Source: Azolla caroliniana
Lineage: Eukaryota; Plantae; Polypodiophyta
Reading direction: 5' to 3'
Assembly (NCBI GenBank): GCA_043228905.1
Contig: JBHGNT010000003.1
Location: forward strand, 4,278,001 to 4,342,000
Length of the DNA stretch: 64,000 nt
Shown here: positions 51,601 to 64,000 of the stretch, piece by piece
How positions within the stretch are numbered: the first letter of the stretch is position 1
Layout of the letters: every line of letters begins with the position of its first letter
The notes under the pieces: model-generated
Told to the model about the DNA's origin: nothing
Databases searched by the model: none
Seen by the model: the letters and a program-made list of their open reading frames with translations, nothing else
Made by a program: the position numbers and the translations under genes

Positions 51601-54600
51601 TAGATCCATTGGAGGTTCTCTATCAATTTAATCATATTTATTTTGGTTTACTGTGATGCAATATTTTAAGATGTAATCTATATTTTAAGAGGCCATTTTG
51701 GCATCTTAAAAGACTTTAATGCGTCTTTTTTTCTTTCTATGTTGGTCATGTTGTGAAGTGAAGATTCATCCATGGGTTCATATGAGATTGGCATCTAAAC
51801 ACGTCAAACGGCAATAACGCCTGAGTGATAGAAGATCAGCTCTGGTGTTTGGTAAATCCAGAAATTCATGGAAGTAGTGGACTCCTAATTTCTACATTGC
51901 TCATGTTGAAATGAGACCTCATGGATTGCATAACAAGATGTAATTTCTTTTTGCAAGACCCTGTAAAATCCAGATTATCCATGTATTTGTTTTTACTAAT
52001 ACATTATCTTACCAGCGAAGTGATACAAAATCATTAGATGAGGAAGGTTAGGGGGGTGGTGATGACCATGAGATAAAGGAGAAGCAGGAAATCCAATATT
52101 CATTATGCTACGTTTTTCCGCAGTATATATTGTGTCTAAACGCCACATATGTCAAATTTTTGTTATGTTTTGGACATGCACAAAATAATTTTATCGATTG
52201 CTCTTTTTACAATCAAAACTTTATACATGCTTTAGATCTGACATTATTGATTTTGTACATTATGCAGTCGATTTGGAAAATTTGTGGAGCTTCAGTTTGA
52301 TCGAAGTGGAAGAATATCAGGAGCTGCTGTTCGCACTTATCTCCTCGAAAGGTCACGTGTTGTGCAGATTTCTGATCCTGAACGGAATTATCATTGCTTT
52401 TATCAATTATGTGCATCAACTGAGGTATTATAAAAATAACCTGATGTAATAAGCTGTCTTCGGAGCACTTTTAGTTATATCCACTATGCTTTGTTTGTAC
52501 AGGATGCTGAAAAATACAAGTTGAAAGATCCTAAACACTTTCATTATCTCAATCAAAGCAATTGCTATGAATTGGCACGCACTAGCAATAGCCGGGAGTA
52601 TACATTGACAAGGAGAGCTATGGACGTAGTGGGTATAAGTTTAGAAGAACAGGTAAATTTTATATCTCCAATGGTGTCTAGACCATTTCCTTGTGCAGCA
52701 GCCACTTGTATTGTAATTCCAATTCTGGTAATTGTGTAGGAGGCTATCTTCCGTGTAGTGGCTGCAATTCTTCATTTAGGGAATATTGAATTTGTCCAAG
52801 GGAAGGAAGCTGACTCATCTGTACCAAAGGATGACAATTCTCAATTCCATTTAGAAACAGCTGCTGAGCTATTTATGTCTGCACTATTCATGCATTTTTA
52901 ATGTTGAAATGCTTAATAATGCAAAACAATCCACTTAAAAACATTTTGTGGATCAATTTTAGGTGTGATCCTGGTGGACTATTGGATGCTCTTACCACAC
53001 GAATAATAGTAACACGAGATGAAAACATTACAAAAACACTTGATCCACTTGCAGCTACAATAAATCGAGACACATTAGCAAAAACTGTCTATTCACGACT
53101 GTTTGACTGGTATTTGAACATATAAACCTGCTACCCTTTTCTTGTTTTGACAGATAACATGGATGGTTTGACTTTTCTGACAGATAGTAATTTCCTTTTC
53201 TTATTTTTCTAATTACAGGCTTGTTGATAAAGTGAATAAATCCATTGGTCAAGATCCCAACTCAAAGACATTGATTGGTGTGCTCGATATTTATGGATTT
53301 GAGAGCTTCAAGTTCAACAGGTGTTATTGAGCTCCTTGTGTGTTTGTTATGACACATGAGCTTGGTTTGTCTATACATGCAAGTATATTTTTTAAAAATT
53401 TGTCAATAAGCAAAGCATGAGGTATAATAATCAGTGCAAATGGATGTTTAGATGTTGATGTCTCCAAAATGCTTGGTTCTTTGTAGCTGATATCTGGTCA
53501 CCTGGTTTGAATTTGATGCTTGGGATTTTCTATACTATGTAGTGCCAATGGAAACCCTAAGTCAGCATGAGGGACACATTATTTAGTCAGTAGACAAAGT
53601 GTGTCAGAGTACCCTAGCTTATACTGGATTAATTGGCCAGTAGACTATGTGTGTCAGTTTTACTAGTAGATGAGGATCAATAATATCATGTGGATGATGT
53701 CTAGATGCACGTCGTGTTGTAGTATGAACCTGAGGACATTATATTCTATATAGTTCCAACGAAAAGTCCAAATGGGACAGAGTGGATGATGCATGTCCGA
53801 ATTAACCAGCTTATTCTTGATTATTGTGCACCATCTTTGCTTATTATGCATCACAGGATCTAGATATAATGTATAAATCAGTCTGTGGCATTATCTGAAT
53901 TCCCGAGCCTTTTGAGCAATATACAAGAACTTTGCCATCTCCATCATGTTTTAACCATGAAGCATCTAAGACTATATTGTTATATCATTTACAGCTTTGA
54001 ACAATTCTGCATCAATCTTACGAATGAGAAACTGCAACAACATTTCAACCAGGTTTTTTCAAAGTTCTGTTATATAGTTTCTTTAATTTGAGTCTCTTTG
54101 TCAATTACGTATGGGGTTTGAATGCATCTATGCTATATTTCAACAGCATGTATTCAAGATGGAACAAGAAGAATACACAAAGGAGGAAATTGACTGGAGC
54201 TACATTGAATTTGTGGATAATCAAGATGTCTTGGATATGATAGAGAAAGTATAAAATTTGAACGTCGTTTGGGTGAATTTTGTCTATCCCATGCTTTGAT
54301 CAATGCGATTATATCTGTTTCCTAGGCGATCCTTGTAAACCAGCAGATAATTTTATATTGATGTCCAGATTATGAACCTTCTGAATAACTTGTTTATTGC
54401 TTCCTCATCCTATTGCTTTTTACAGAAACCACGGGGGATTATCTCTATCCTAGATGAAGCATGGTAAGGACCTCAAACCTGAGTAATGATTGTCGTAGCG
54501 CTGCTACTGTATCGTGAGATTCTAAGAATAATCTGTGAACTGGCTGCGTGCCAGGTATACCGGTTTTGTTTTCATGTTCAAAATTTGGCTTCTCATACCT

Positions 54601-57600
54601 TTGTTTTAGAGCATAAATATGTTTGACTAAGTTGGAACAAATATTTCCAATATTTTCATACTACGATGTCTACATTATCAATGAAGCATTGGATAAATTA
54701 ATGGATGAAGGCTTTTTGAGTCATTATGTTTGCCATTGTCTTTCAGCAGTGGAAGTTTTCAGATAGCTGAGAGGAGATACTATGGAATATGCTGATTTAA
54801 TTTACTTTTGCAATCTGCAAAATTTGTCATTGCCTAAGTTTGAGATTGTCTTTTGGGGAGGCTTTCTGTTACAGAGATGCAAAAATCAATATTGATAAAA
54901 GTTTTCCAAGAATATTTATATAGGTCGTCTACAATACAGCTTTACAATAAGAAAGTTTCTTTACCCCTAGCATATTTTCCAAAAAAGATAAGTTAGGAGC
55001 ATTCCTTTATTTTTAATTACAGCAGTAATGCTCATCTAGGTTTAACACTGTAATTGAGTATGTTTTATGAACTATAGAAATTTAAAATAACAAGTAGATA
55101 TGTAAAATATAATAAAGGTATTTATTCTGATCATGTATTTGATGCACATTTCTTGAGGGGCCTTTGATCTTGTATTGCTCTGGAATGTTGTGTCATGAAT
55201 AATTTCAACTTTCAATGCTGAACACTGCATGTTAAAGAATAGAGGTTCAATTGATGTATTCTGTAAATTATTAAATAGACGTTCAATAAGCCCATTTTTG
55301 CTGATGTTGACTGGTGATCTCTGCTGTTTTTGCAGCATGTTCCCAAAAGCCACCCATGAAACATTTGCCAATAAGCTTTTTGAAACATTCAAGAATCACA
55401 AAAGATTTACCAAGCCAAAACTTTCTCGTACAGATTTCATCATCTCTCATTATGCTGGTGAGGTAAGGATACTTTACTGGTATTTTTGTGTCATTCTACT
55501 ATTTGTATCCATACAATATTTTATTATCTTTATTCTTTTACAGGTCACATATAAGGCAGATTTATTTCTTGACAAAAATAAGGATTATGTTGTTGCTGAG
55601 CACGAGGCATTGCTGGGATCCTCAAGATGCCCATTTGTTGGAAATCTTTTCCCCCCATCTCCTGAAGAACCATCCAAATCTTCATACAAATTTTCTTCAA
55701 TTGGTACTCGGTTCAAGGTTTGAACAATGCTGATGCCATTGAATTATATTGATACAAATTGTGAAGTGCCTACTATATATAAAATGGAATAAAATGAGGT
55801 TCTGATCACTGTCAGATTGTGTCTGGTGAATCCCATCTGTTCCAACATGGGTGCCACTGTCAGATTGTGTCAGGGGGATACCATTGAACAATTTGCCTTG
55901 TTCCAACATGGGTGCCACTTTGCGCATACCCCATTTAAACCACTATCACAATCTCATCTTCAACATATTTCTGTGCAATAAGAAACATGATCCATACATA
56001 CTATATTACTAGGCTATTTCAATTGGGATTATCTATATTGGCATTCTTGTTTAGAGCGGGAAAATGTCAATTTGTTTGGTTCTTTTTTAACTCTCAGATG
56101 GTTTCTGTGTTTCCAGCAACAATTAATATCTCTAATGGAGACACTCAACTCAACACAGCCCCACTACATTCGTTGTGTGAAGCCAAATGCATACAATAAG
56201 CCGGGGCGTTTTGAGAACTCAAATGTTCTTCAGCAGCTCAGATGTGGGGTATGTGCCAAAAATATACTACAGTTGAGAAAAGTATTTGACATAAGGAACT
56301 AAGATGTGTATATTCTTCTTGTTCAGGGAGTACTTGAAGCTGTACGTATTAGCTGTGCAGGTTATCCTACAAGAAGGACGTTCGATGAATTTATTGATCG
56401 ATTTAGTCTCCTAGCTCCTGAGTTGCAGGAAGGAAGGTAATATTATTTCTGTACTGTGTCCAAAAGTTGAGTCAGAAGCCTGCTCCAAACTTCTATAATT
56501 TATGATGAGAAAAACAAACCGAAGCACATCCATTCTCTCAATGCAGTTATGATGAAAAGGCTGCTATCGAATTGATTTTCAAGAAGGCGAATTTGCATAG
56601 CTATCAGGTAAAACTTTGACTCAGATTTTTTTTTTTGCTTTGAAGCTGTATGTAAACAAATTAACAAGACATAGGGATACAATTTAGCCCATTAAGAGGA
56701 AGCAGATTTGCATAGAGGATTAAATGATGCCTGCAATATGCTAGAGACATTATAAGTATTATCTTGTGCGAGGTGAAAGATGTATTTTCTGCCTTGGGTT
56801 TATCATGGTATACCTTTTCTCTAAGAAAAAAAGGAAGAAAGAGATATATTAATGTCTTTTAAGAGGCCAAGATGGCCTATAAGACCAAACAAGAGATAAT
56901 ATCGTAAGTGTTGTCTCGTCTTTGAGAACAACAAATCAAAAAAATAAGTAAATAATACTCCATAAATATAAAAGTATATAAGATAAAAAGAGACGAGGGA
57001 GTCTTCTCAAGTTAGATATATTGTAGCTTTTGTCTTCGAAAGATCTCTAGCATAGGTTGATCCAGAATGGAAATGTCTCCGAAACGAGGGAAGCACCTAG
57101 GATGGCGGGAGATAATGGCTTTTATCTGTTGATGACAAGGGTGTCGAGGTCATGGTCCATGGGACTGGGGCCTACGTGCACGGAAAATTGCTATTGTAAC
57201 CCCTTCGTTATGTCCTGGTCGGGAGCCCATTTGTGTATCCCATGATTGACTTGTAGCATTAGTAGGAGTGATGGGGATAAAGAAAGTTGTGATTGTTCTT
57301 TGTGGATGAGCTTGTGTGGCAGTATTCTTCAACAATTTTTCCCGATGTCTCTTCAGCTCTAGCAAGAGAAGTCCTAGGCACTGTTGGTTCTCATATTCCA
57401 TTACCTTGCGTAGTGGGCCAAAGCCTTGTTTAAAGAGGCAATGGTATCTCCCACTGATTTCATAAAAGAGACTACAGTGTCTAAACATAGTTTTCTTCGG
57501 ATTCCACTACTTGATGACACAATTGGCAAATTCTTTCTTCTAGAGGTAGTCGTGTATATCTGCCTACCTCAATCTGTAACTGATGTGATGAAGTTCGCAG

Positions 57601-60600
57601 CTGCCCTATCACACTACGCAGCGCATAGGATAGAAGTATCAAGAGCATGTGTTCTTGATGTGTACCTGTATTCAAAATAGAGTGCCACTAATATGACAAA
57701 AGTCTACTTACAGAATAAATATAGATTAGTTAACAATATGGCTATTGTGATCCCCAATGTTGCAGGAATGAAATATTTGTATTAAGGAGTTTAATAAAAA
57801 CATTGCTTGAAGCAACTGCAAAATAATTTATGTAAGTCAATTACTTTTGTTTTTGTTGATTAAATGAAATTAGAAACCTACATTAATGTCTTTTAAGAGG
57901 TCAGAGTGGGCGATAAGACAAAACAAGGGATTTCATCTATAATGGTTTTTTGTCTTTGAGAACACCAACCAAAATAAATATAACTTAAGGTACGAAGGAA
58001 TCTAGATATCTAAGAGCTTAAGATTTTAAGCTTTGAAGTGAGCTCGAAGACGTAGATCTTTGAAGTGGGCTTGACTGAAAGACTTTTCTTTGAAAAATTT
58101 CCAACATGGGCTTGAAGATGTAGATCTTTGAAGTGAGGGAGGCACCATCTGTGATCCTCAATGCTTGGGCCTATTTTTTTAGGCCAATGCAGTGTCTGTG
58201 CGCAGGATCTCAATGCCAATAATCACTTTGTTTGATCAGACTCCTGTGGGATGCAGCAGAGGGGAATCATCTGCAATGGGAGAGAACTGAATGAGCAAAG
58301 CTGTGTGCAGGTAGAAGGCCCATGGATAAAGTAAAGGCTTGGTTCTCATAATTCTACTCTGCAGAGAAGAGTTGGTGTTACAAGTGTATGAAACAAGCAC
58401 AATATTGTTAGTGGTTCTTAGAACTGGATATGTGCACATTGTCTTTCAAGGGTTAAATATCCATGAGAAAGTCAAATCCAGGCAGCCTCATGTAGGGAGA
58501 ACCGAGTCCTTTTAAATGTTACTCCTACATATGTGCGGGTTGTAATATGCAACCTTTTCCTCTCCCAAAAAGAAATTAGTGTTGATCTTGTTACCGATGC
58601 ATGACTGGTGTTGAGCACCAGCACTTCTGTTTTATCAAGACTGACCTGACCCAATAGGGTATATGCCGGCTACTCCACGGAATTTAGATCTCTTTATATG
58701 CCCTTCAAAGATTCACAGATCAACACAATGTCATTGGTAAACCACCCAGTCTCCTAATGCAATTAGATATCTTATTTACATAATGACCAAAGAGAGTGGG
58801 TGACTGTGGGCATCCTTGTTTTATTCCAAATTCCGACAACACAATAGGAGTACATAATTTTCCTAACTCTGATTCATGTTATGCATTGATTCCCATGACA
58901 CATCTACTGGGACTCCAAGGGCTTTTAGTTTGTACATGAGTTGAGTATGCGGTGCAATGTCAAAGGTTTTCCAGAAATCCAGAAAGCAACAATAGGTTCT
59001 CCTGTAACTGCGTCTGATTCAGATGCTTCATCGGCAGTCTCTTCAAGGGAAGTGGAGGAAAGAATGCAGACTTGCCTCACTTCTTGGTGACACTTGTAGT
59101 TTCCTCGACTGATCTCCAGATATATTACATGGTGGTAGGTAGTCCCGAAGTGGTTTATTATGTCTGGCTTTTTGCAATGTCTGATTCAGATACTTCATCT
59201 GTTGTTTCTTCAAGGGAAGCAGAGGAAAGAGTAAGGGAGGAAAGAGTGAGGCTTTCCTCACCTCTCGGTGATATGCATAGTTTCTTTGACTGGGCTTGTC
59301 AGAAAAGTAATATAATGGTTCATTGTGCATGGCTTTTAACAGCATCTGGTTCAGAAACTTCATCTGCAGCACTTGTATATTTTACTTTTCTGATATCCAT
59401 AGAATTTGACCACACATCAATTCCAATGAAAATTTTGAACACCGTATATAAATCCCTGTTTTGAAAGAAAATATTGACATTATCTGTTTAAAGGCTACAC
59501 ATGTGGGTCCCAACCAGGACATTGCAAAGGGGTTACATATTATCACCCTTTTCATTGACAGATAAGTGCCATTATCTCCTGCCATGATAGGTGCTTCCCT
59601 TGCTTTGGAGATCTCTCCATTTTGGATCAATCTATGTTATAGATCTTTCAAAGACAAACATTAGAAATTGATCTCACTTGAGAATCTTACAGATATAATA
59701 ATATACAGGATTCGTTAATGACTTTTATTTTTATTTACTTATTTATTTTGTTACATTAATTTTCGTTTGTTGTCCTCAAAGAGGAGCCAACATTTTAAAA
59801 TGCAATCTCTTGTTTGGTCTTAGTTCATTTTAGTTTCTTAAAAGACAGTAATACATATTTTTTCCTCTCCCACTCCAGTTTATCACCATTAAACAAACAT
59901 TCATTATGTTGAATATAAAGATAAGCATAAGTTACTCTGCTTTATAGGTTGAAATACAGGGTTGTAATGAAGCATTATCCAAGATTTGAACTGGAGCTTA
60001 TGTTTGGAGTGTATTCAGATAGGTAAAACGAAGGTCTTTCTTAGAGCTGGTCAGATGGCAGAGCTAGATGCAAGAAGAGCAGAAGTTTTAGGGAATGCCG
60101 TCAAAGTGATTCAGCGAAGAGTTCGCACTTTCCTTGCACAGAGGGAATTCAAAGCTTTGCGTAGAGCTGCTATTCGTGTGCAGGCACAATGGCGAGGTAA
60201 GATGTATTATTTAGTAGGATGTTTATGGATTTTCATTTACTATATATCAATTCGGTGATCTTATTGCAAGATTTAGTCTGAGCATATATATTTTAACTGA
60301 TTTTGATTATTAGGTAACCTTGCTCGCAAGCAATATGAACAAATCAGGAGGGAAGCTGCAGCTGTCCAAATTCAGAGATATGTACGCGGTTGGCAAGCAC
60401 GCAAATCTTACCAGAAGGTTCAATCAGCTGTCATTATCATTCAGGCATGTGTACGTGGAATGTGTGCTCGTAAAGAGTTCAAATTTAGGCGGCAAACCCA
60501 AGCAGCTATTAAAATCCAGGTTTTCTTTATATGAATAATGGTGTTAAACTTGACGTTGGAGATTTAATTGTAATGGAAAAATTGATTTATGTCATATTTT

Positions 60601-63600
60601 CTGAAAATCCAGACTTGCTGGAGGAGATATAAGGCTCATTCTGATTATGTTAAGCTGAAGAAAGCAGGGCTTACCCTTCAATGTATATGGAGGGGGAGGA
60701 TTGCTAGGAAAGAACTTAGGAAACTCAAAATGGTAAATTTTGAATCATTGAAACCTAAATTCATTTGAGTTAGTTAGGCTGGATGTCTTGTTTTAAGGCA
60801 AGGGATATACTGATGATATTAAAACATGGGGCTATTTCTAGTGATTTTGGCTAGTTATGCGGTGTACTTTGTCTCTGATTTGTAACTTCTCCTGGGCAAC
60901 CTGTAGAACTTGTAACAAGTTTGTTTTAAGTAGTAGGCTTGAACCTAACCATTCTTTTAATGCCTAGGATTGAGTAGGTTTTATAACATCTGAGAGTTTT
61001 CGCAGGCTGCAAAAGAGACAGGTGCACTACAAGAAGCAAAGACAAAGCTTGAGAAACGTTGCGAGGAACTTACATGGCGGCTGCAATTGGAAAAGAGACT
61101 ACGAGTAAGTTCGCAAGCCCCTTGCCCTTGTAATAATTTCCATGATAATGTTTTTGCTATTCATGGCATCGGAAATTTTGTTCTTGTATCACTTTATGTC
61201 TAATATATTATATTATGCTATTCTACTAGGTTTGTGGTATCATGTTAAGTATGAGCCAACAGTTTCAATGAACTTTGAAGTGCAATTCCCTGAACTAATA
61301 CATTTGAAATTGGAAAGGAATATAAGTCCATGACTGAAAACAAATGCTCCATAAGTGTATCATAATGAACTGTATGAGAAACCTTTATAACAAGGATACA
61401 TAACTAAAAAATGCTGAACATATTTGCATTCTTTTATGGATATGGATTAAAAAAAGGAACTTTGCAAATCTTAAAAATTTAAAAGCCCTGTATAGTTTAG
61501 ACGGATGTGATTCTTTGCTTTTTCTTGCTCACATTGACATCTGCAGACTGACCTGGAGGAAGCAAAGGCACTAGAGTTGTCAAAGTTTCAGACAACATTA
61601 AATGAGATGCAGGCCCAATTAGAAGCAGCAAATACACTTTTGGCTAAAGAGAGGGAGTTTAGCAAGCAAGCGGCAGATCAAGCTGTTTCAACAATGAAAG
61701 AAATAGAAGTGATAAAAGTATCAGAAGTGAGCAACGTGAGGGTTGAGAAACTTGAAGCTGAAAATGAAAGCTTGAAGGTAATATTCCCATTGCAAATTGT
61801 TTATGGTTGTGTTTAGAAGTAGCAGATATTTATGGTTGTCAATAGCTGCGTTGAGATGATAATATGCTGTTGTACTTCTTGATGGTGGTGGTTAATAAAT
61901 AAGATAAAGTCTAGAGGTGTTATTACTAGGAACGTTTAGGATTTCAGTCAGATAAAAATGAATTATTATATCTGGTTTCTCATCCTCAATGTGCTTTTTC
62001 TTTGTTGAAATCAGGAAGTGATAAGTTCTTTAGAGAAACGAGCAGCTATCTATGAGCAAAAACTTCTGGAGGCAGAAAAAGATATTGAACAGAAGGCCAA
62101 GACTATACAAGAGTCTGGAACCAAGTTAGAACAATTGCAGGAGGCAATGCAAAGGTCTTACCTGTGTTGCATCATTTACATAATTATAACAATTAGCCAT
62201 CTCTTATGCTGTCACACTGGTGCAGATTGGAAGAGAAACTGTCAAATATGGAATCTGAGAATCAAGTCCTTAGGCAGCAAACTCTTGTTATATCACCAGC
62301 TAAAGGCCTGAGCAATCGGTTCAAAAGCACAGTACTGCAGGTGAGGGACTTTGCATATTTCATTTTAAATATTAAATCATGTCGCTTTGATTTGTCTTTA
62401 ATGATATTGACAAGTTGCTAATTAGAATGCCATGTTTTATCAATACAGCGGAGCTCAGAAAGTGGTTTACTTTCAAATGGTGATGTCAGAGCATCTGTAA
62501 GTAATTTACCTTTTTCCTGGTCTGTAATTGAGTTGCACATTTATGTTAAGCTTGATATATTCTATGCTTCTTCATATTGAACATATAATAATCACATTGA
62601 GTGAATTAGTAAGAAACGAAGATGTATATAAGCCAGACTTGAGATATGATATGGCTCCTCCATATTGTCCTACAGTTGGGTGGATGTCAGCAAGGATATC
62701 GTGAGTGTAGACCTGTTTGCTATAGCATCATAGTGGGCTCCCCATACTATCCTTCACACACATTTTTCTTGCACGTTAACTCTGGGATCTAAATTCTTCG
62801 TTTGTGGAGGCACTATCATACATCATGAATAGACAATTATGTTTGTACTGTGTACTGAGGTAGTTCCCCAGGGCTGATATACATGCAATAAACTTGTCGA
62901 TATTCAAACATAAGTTGTATGAAACATAACTGTCTTGTTGCTTCAGTTTATTGTCTAGATAGACCCCTGCATATGTTATGCAGCCATTTTACTTTGGAAA
63001 TTTTGATAGTGATAATCTCTACTACACCAGGAATCTCCACCTGTCACCCCTGTAAAGGAGCAGCCTGAAGTAGAACGGCAGCAGAAGGTTCTTACAGCAG
63101 ATAGACAGCAGGTAATTAACATCTACCTCTTTCAAACACAATTACAACAGAATGCAGTTTTTTTGTGTGAATATGTAGGGTCACAACATTGAAGGTCATT
63201 AGTCAAGATATCAGAACCTGGTTGCGTTTTATTTTACCTTTTCTCCCCGTATTTTCAGGAAAATCTTGAAGCACTATTGAAGTGTGTCAGTCAAGATGTG
63301 GGTTTCAGTCAGGAGAGGCCTATTGCAGCATGTATTATTTACAAATGTTTACTTCAGTGGCGTTCTTTTGAAGCAGAGAGAACTAGTGTTTTTGATCGAA
63401 TTGTACAGACTATTGGGACAGCAATTGAGGTATGACTTTGAAGAGGTTCTTAGATTCAGTTATGCTTGTGCAGTACATTTACTTGTGGGGTTGGTTTTTC
63501 TACAGAGCCAGGACAATAATGATATACTTTCGTATTGGCTATCAAACACATCAATGCTTCTTTTCCTTCTCCAGCGCACTTTGAAAGCAAGTGGCACAGG

Positions 63601-63990
63601 AGGCTTTTCTCAGCAGAGACGCAGGACACCTTCATCTAGTCTTTTTGGGAGGATGGCTCAGGTAAATATCTCCCAGAAACCTAGTTACACTGATTTGTTG
63701 ACAAGAAGGAACTATAGATATAGAAACTGGCCTCATGCCAATACGATGTAATATCACATTGGTTTACTGACATGGGTATTTCTCAGGGCTTCCGATCCTC
63801 ACCTTCAGGGGGGCTGTCATTTGCTAATGGCGGCATTATAGGTGGGCTAGATTCATCACGGCAAGTGGAAGCAAAATATCCCGCGTTGTTGTTCAAACAG
63901 CAACTTACTGCATATGTAGAGAAGATCTATGGAATGATTCGAGATAATCTAAAGAAAGAAATAACACCTTTGCTTGCGCTTTGCATTCAG
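39611..63990 (+). CDS. Myosin XI (class XI plant myosin), 3'-truncated by the window. Exons 39611-39613, 41499-41627, 41716-41859, 42134-42279, 42359-42515, 42654-42712, 52268-52424, 52503-52652, 52740-52876, 52963-53109, 53219-53320, 53995-54052, 54147-54248, 54426-54463, 55336-55462, 55544-55717, 56117-56248, 56327-56436, 56547-56607, 60019-60196, 60314-60519, 60613-60732, 61006-61104, 61547-61777, 62015-62154, 62226-62340, 62449-62496, 63031-63111, 63259-63429, 63506-63661, 63787-63990
   Basis: SH3-like N-terminus, P-loop GESGAGKT, switch I NDNSSRFGK, switch II DIYGFE, IQ repeats, coiled coil and the start of the globular tail ([30 protein letters not shown]). All junctions keep frame. Exon sizes (129, 144, 146, 157, 59...) match my recollection of plant myosin XI genes. 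Confidence 0.97.
39780..40260. repeat. Old degenerate repeat of about 130-150 bp, 4 units, in myosin intron 1
   Basis: Core TTGTTGATGAATGCAA.AGTTTGATCTGCAGAT at about 39790, 39917, 40066 and 40217. Confidence 0.7.
40303..40774 (-). repeat. Near-perfect 156-bp triplication of a LINE-derived segment in myosin intron 1
   Basis: Units start at 40303, 40459 and 40615. The sequence aligns with the LINE copy at about 48480-48670. Confidence 0.93.
42890..43660 (-). mobile_element. Three stacked 3'-end fragments of the intronic LINE family (about 42890-42960, 43215-43400, 43402-43660)
   Basis: Repeated plus-strand motif AAAGATATATTA...GAGGCCAAAATG.C.ATAAGACCAAACAAGAGATTACATC, which reads as a (CTTT)n-tailed 3' end on the minus strand. 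Confidence 0.85.
43755..43969 (-). repeat. Copia 3' LTR (215 bp)
   Basis: Manual alignment to 47606-47822 shows about 12 substitutions and 2 small indels. Confidence 0.95.
47606..47822 (-). repeat. Copia 5' LTR (217 bp)
   Basis: Adjacent to the PBS. TG...CA ends, followed by the ATTTT TSD. Confidence 0.95.
48140..51490 (-). mobile_element. Long degenerate LINE: APE endonuclease, pre-RT region, RT core deleted, Cys/His motif and 3' tail. Interrupted by a foreign insert
   Basis: GSGGVVVFY...LYIAIC*FPP and [12 protein letters not shown] (endonuclease). [26 protein letters not shown]|[13 protein letters not shown], then a jump to the post-RT region and [18 protein letters not shown]. Confidence 0.9.
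49441..50202 (+). other. 762-bp foreign coding-like insertion, candidate nuclear plastid DNA (possibly ycf2/ycf1-like)
   Basis: Splits the LINE codons [13 protein letters not shown] and is flanked by an ATG direct repeat. Open on + across its whole length apart from one frameshift. About 29 CpG versus about 10 in a similar length of adjacent LINE (manual count). The insertion itself is well supported; the plastid origin is unverified. Confidence 0.55.
56825..57660 (-). mobile_element. 5'-truncated LINE (Cys/His motif and 3' tail) in myosin intron 19
   Basis: [41 protein letters not shown]. Same family as 21040-23030 and 48140-51490. Confidence 0.92.
57880..59005 (-). mobile_element. Older LINE fragments: 3' tail at about 57880-57990 and RT fragment at about 58440-59005
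   Basis: [12 protein letters not shown]...KLKALG, an IKQGCP-like motif and [12 protein letters not shown]. Family 3' motif present. Confidence 0.75.
59490..59865 (+). mobile_element. 3' fragment of the LINE family in sense orientation, myosin intron 19
   Basis: Reverse-complement similarity to about 56830-57240 (the ORF track shows paralogous MIQNG.[VI]S..REAP.MAGDNG on opposite strands). Confidence 0.8.
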
Positions 63991-64000
63991 GTTTGCAGAT

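Overview
This is eukaryotic nuclear DNA from a land plant. The myosin and LINE types and a plastid-like insert suggest a seed-free plant, probably a fern (inference, not verified). I reconstructed five spliced genes by hand from splice sites and frame continuity. (1, 2) Two tandem MYC-type bHLH genes on +; copy A is 5'-truncated by the window, copy B is complete at 686 aa, and both have a 15-nt microexon. (3) TMEM208/SND2 on -, 175 aa. (4) A conserved plant protein of unknown function on -, 352 aa. (5) Myosin XI on +, with 31 exons visible before it runs off the right end. The long introns hold many copies of one non-LTR retrotransposon family, mostly antisense to the host gene. Myosin intron 6 (9.56 kb) contains an integrase-deleted Ty1/Copia element with a duplicated primer-binding site. 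It also contains a LINE interrupted by a 762-bp CpG-rich, coding-like foreign insert, a candidate plastid-derived fragment. Intergenic DNA has hAT-like MITEs, minisatellites and microsatellites. I found no prokaryote-type system (CRISPR, operon). The most unusual items are the foreign insert, the bHLH pair and the intron-restricted LINE family.
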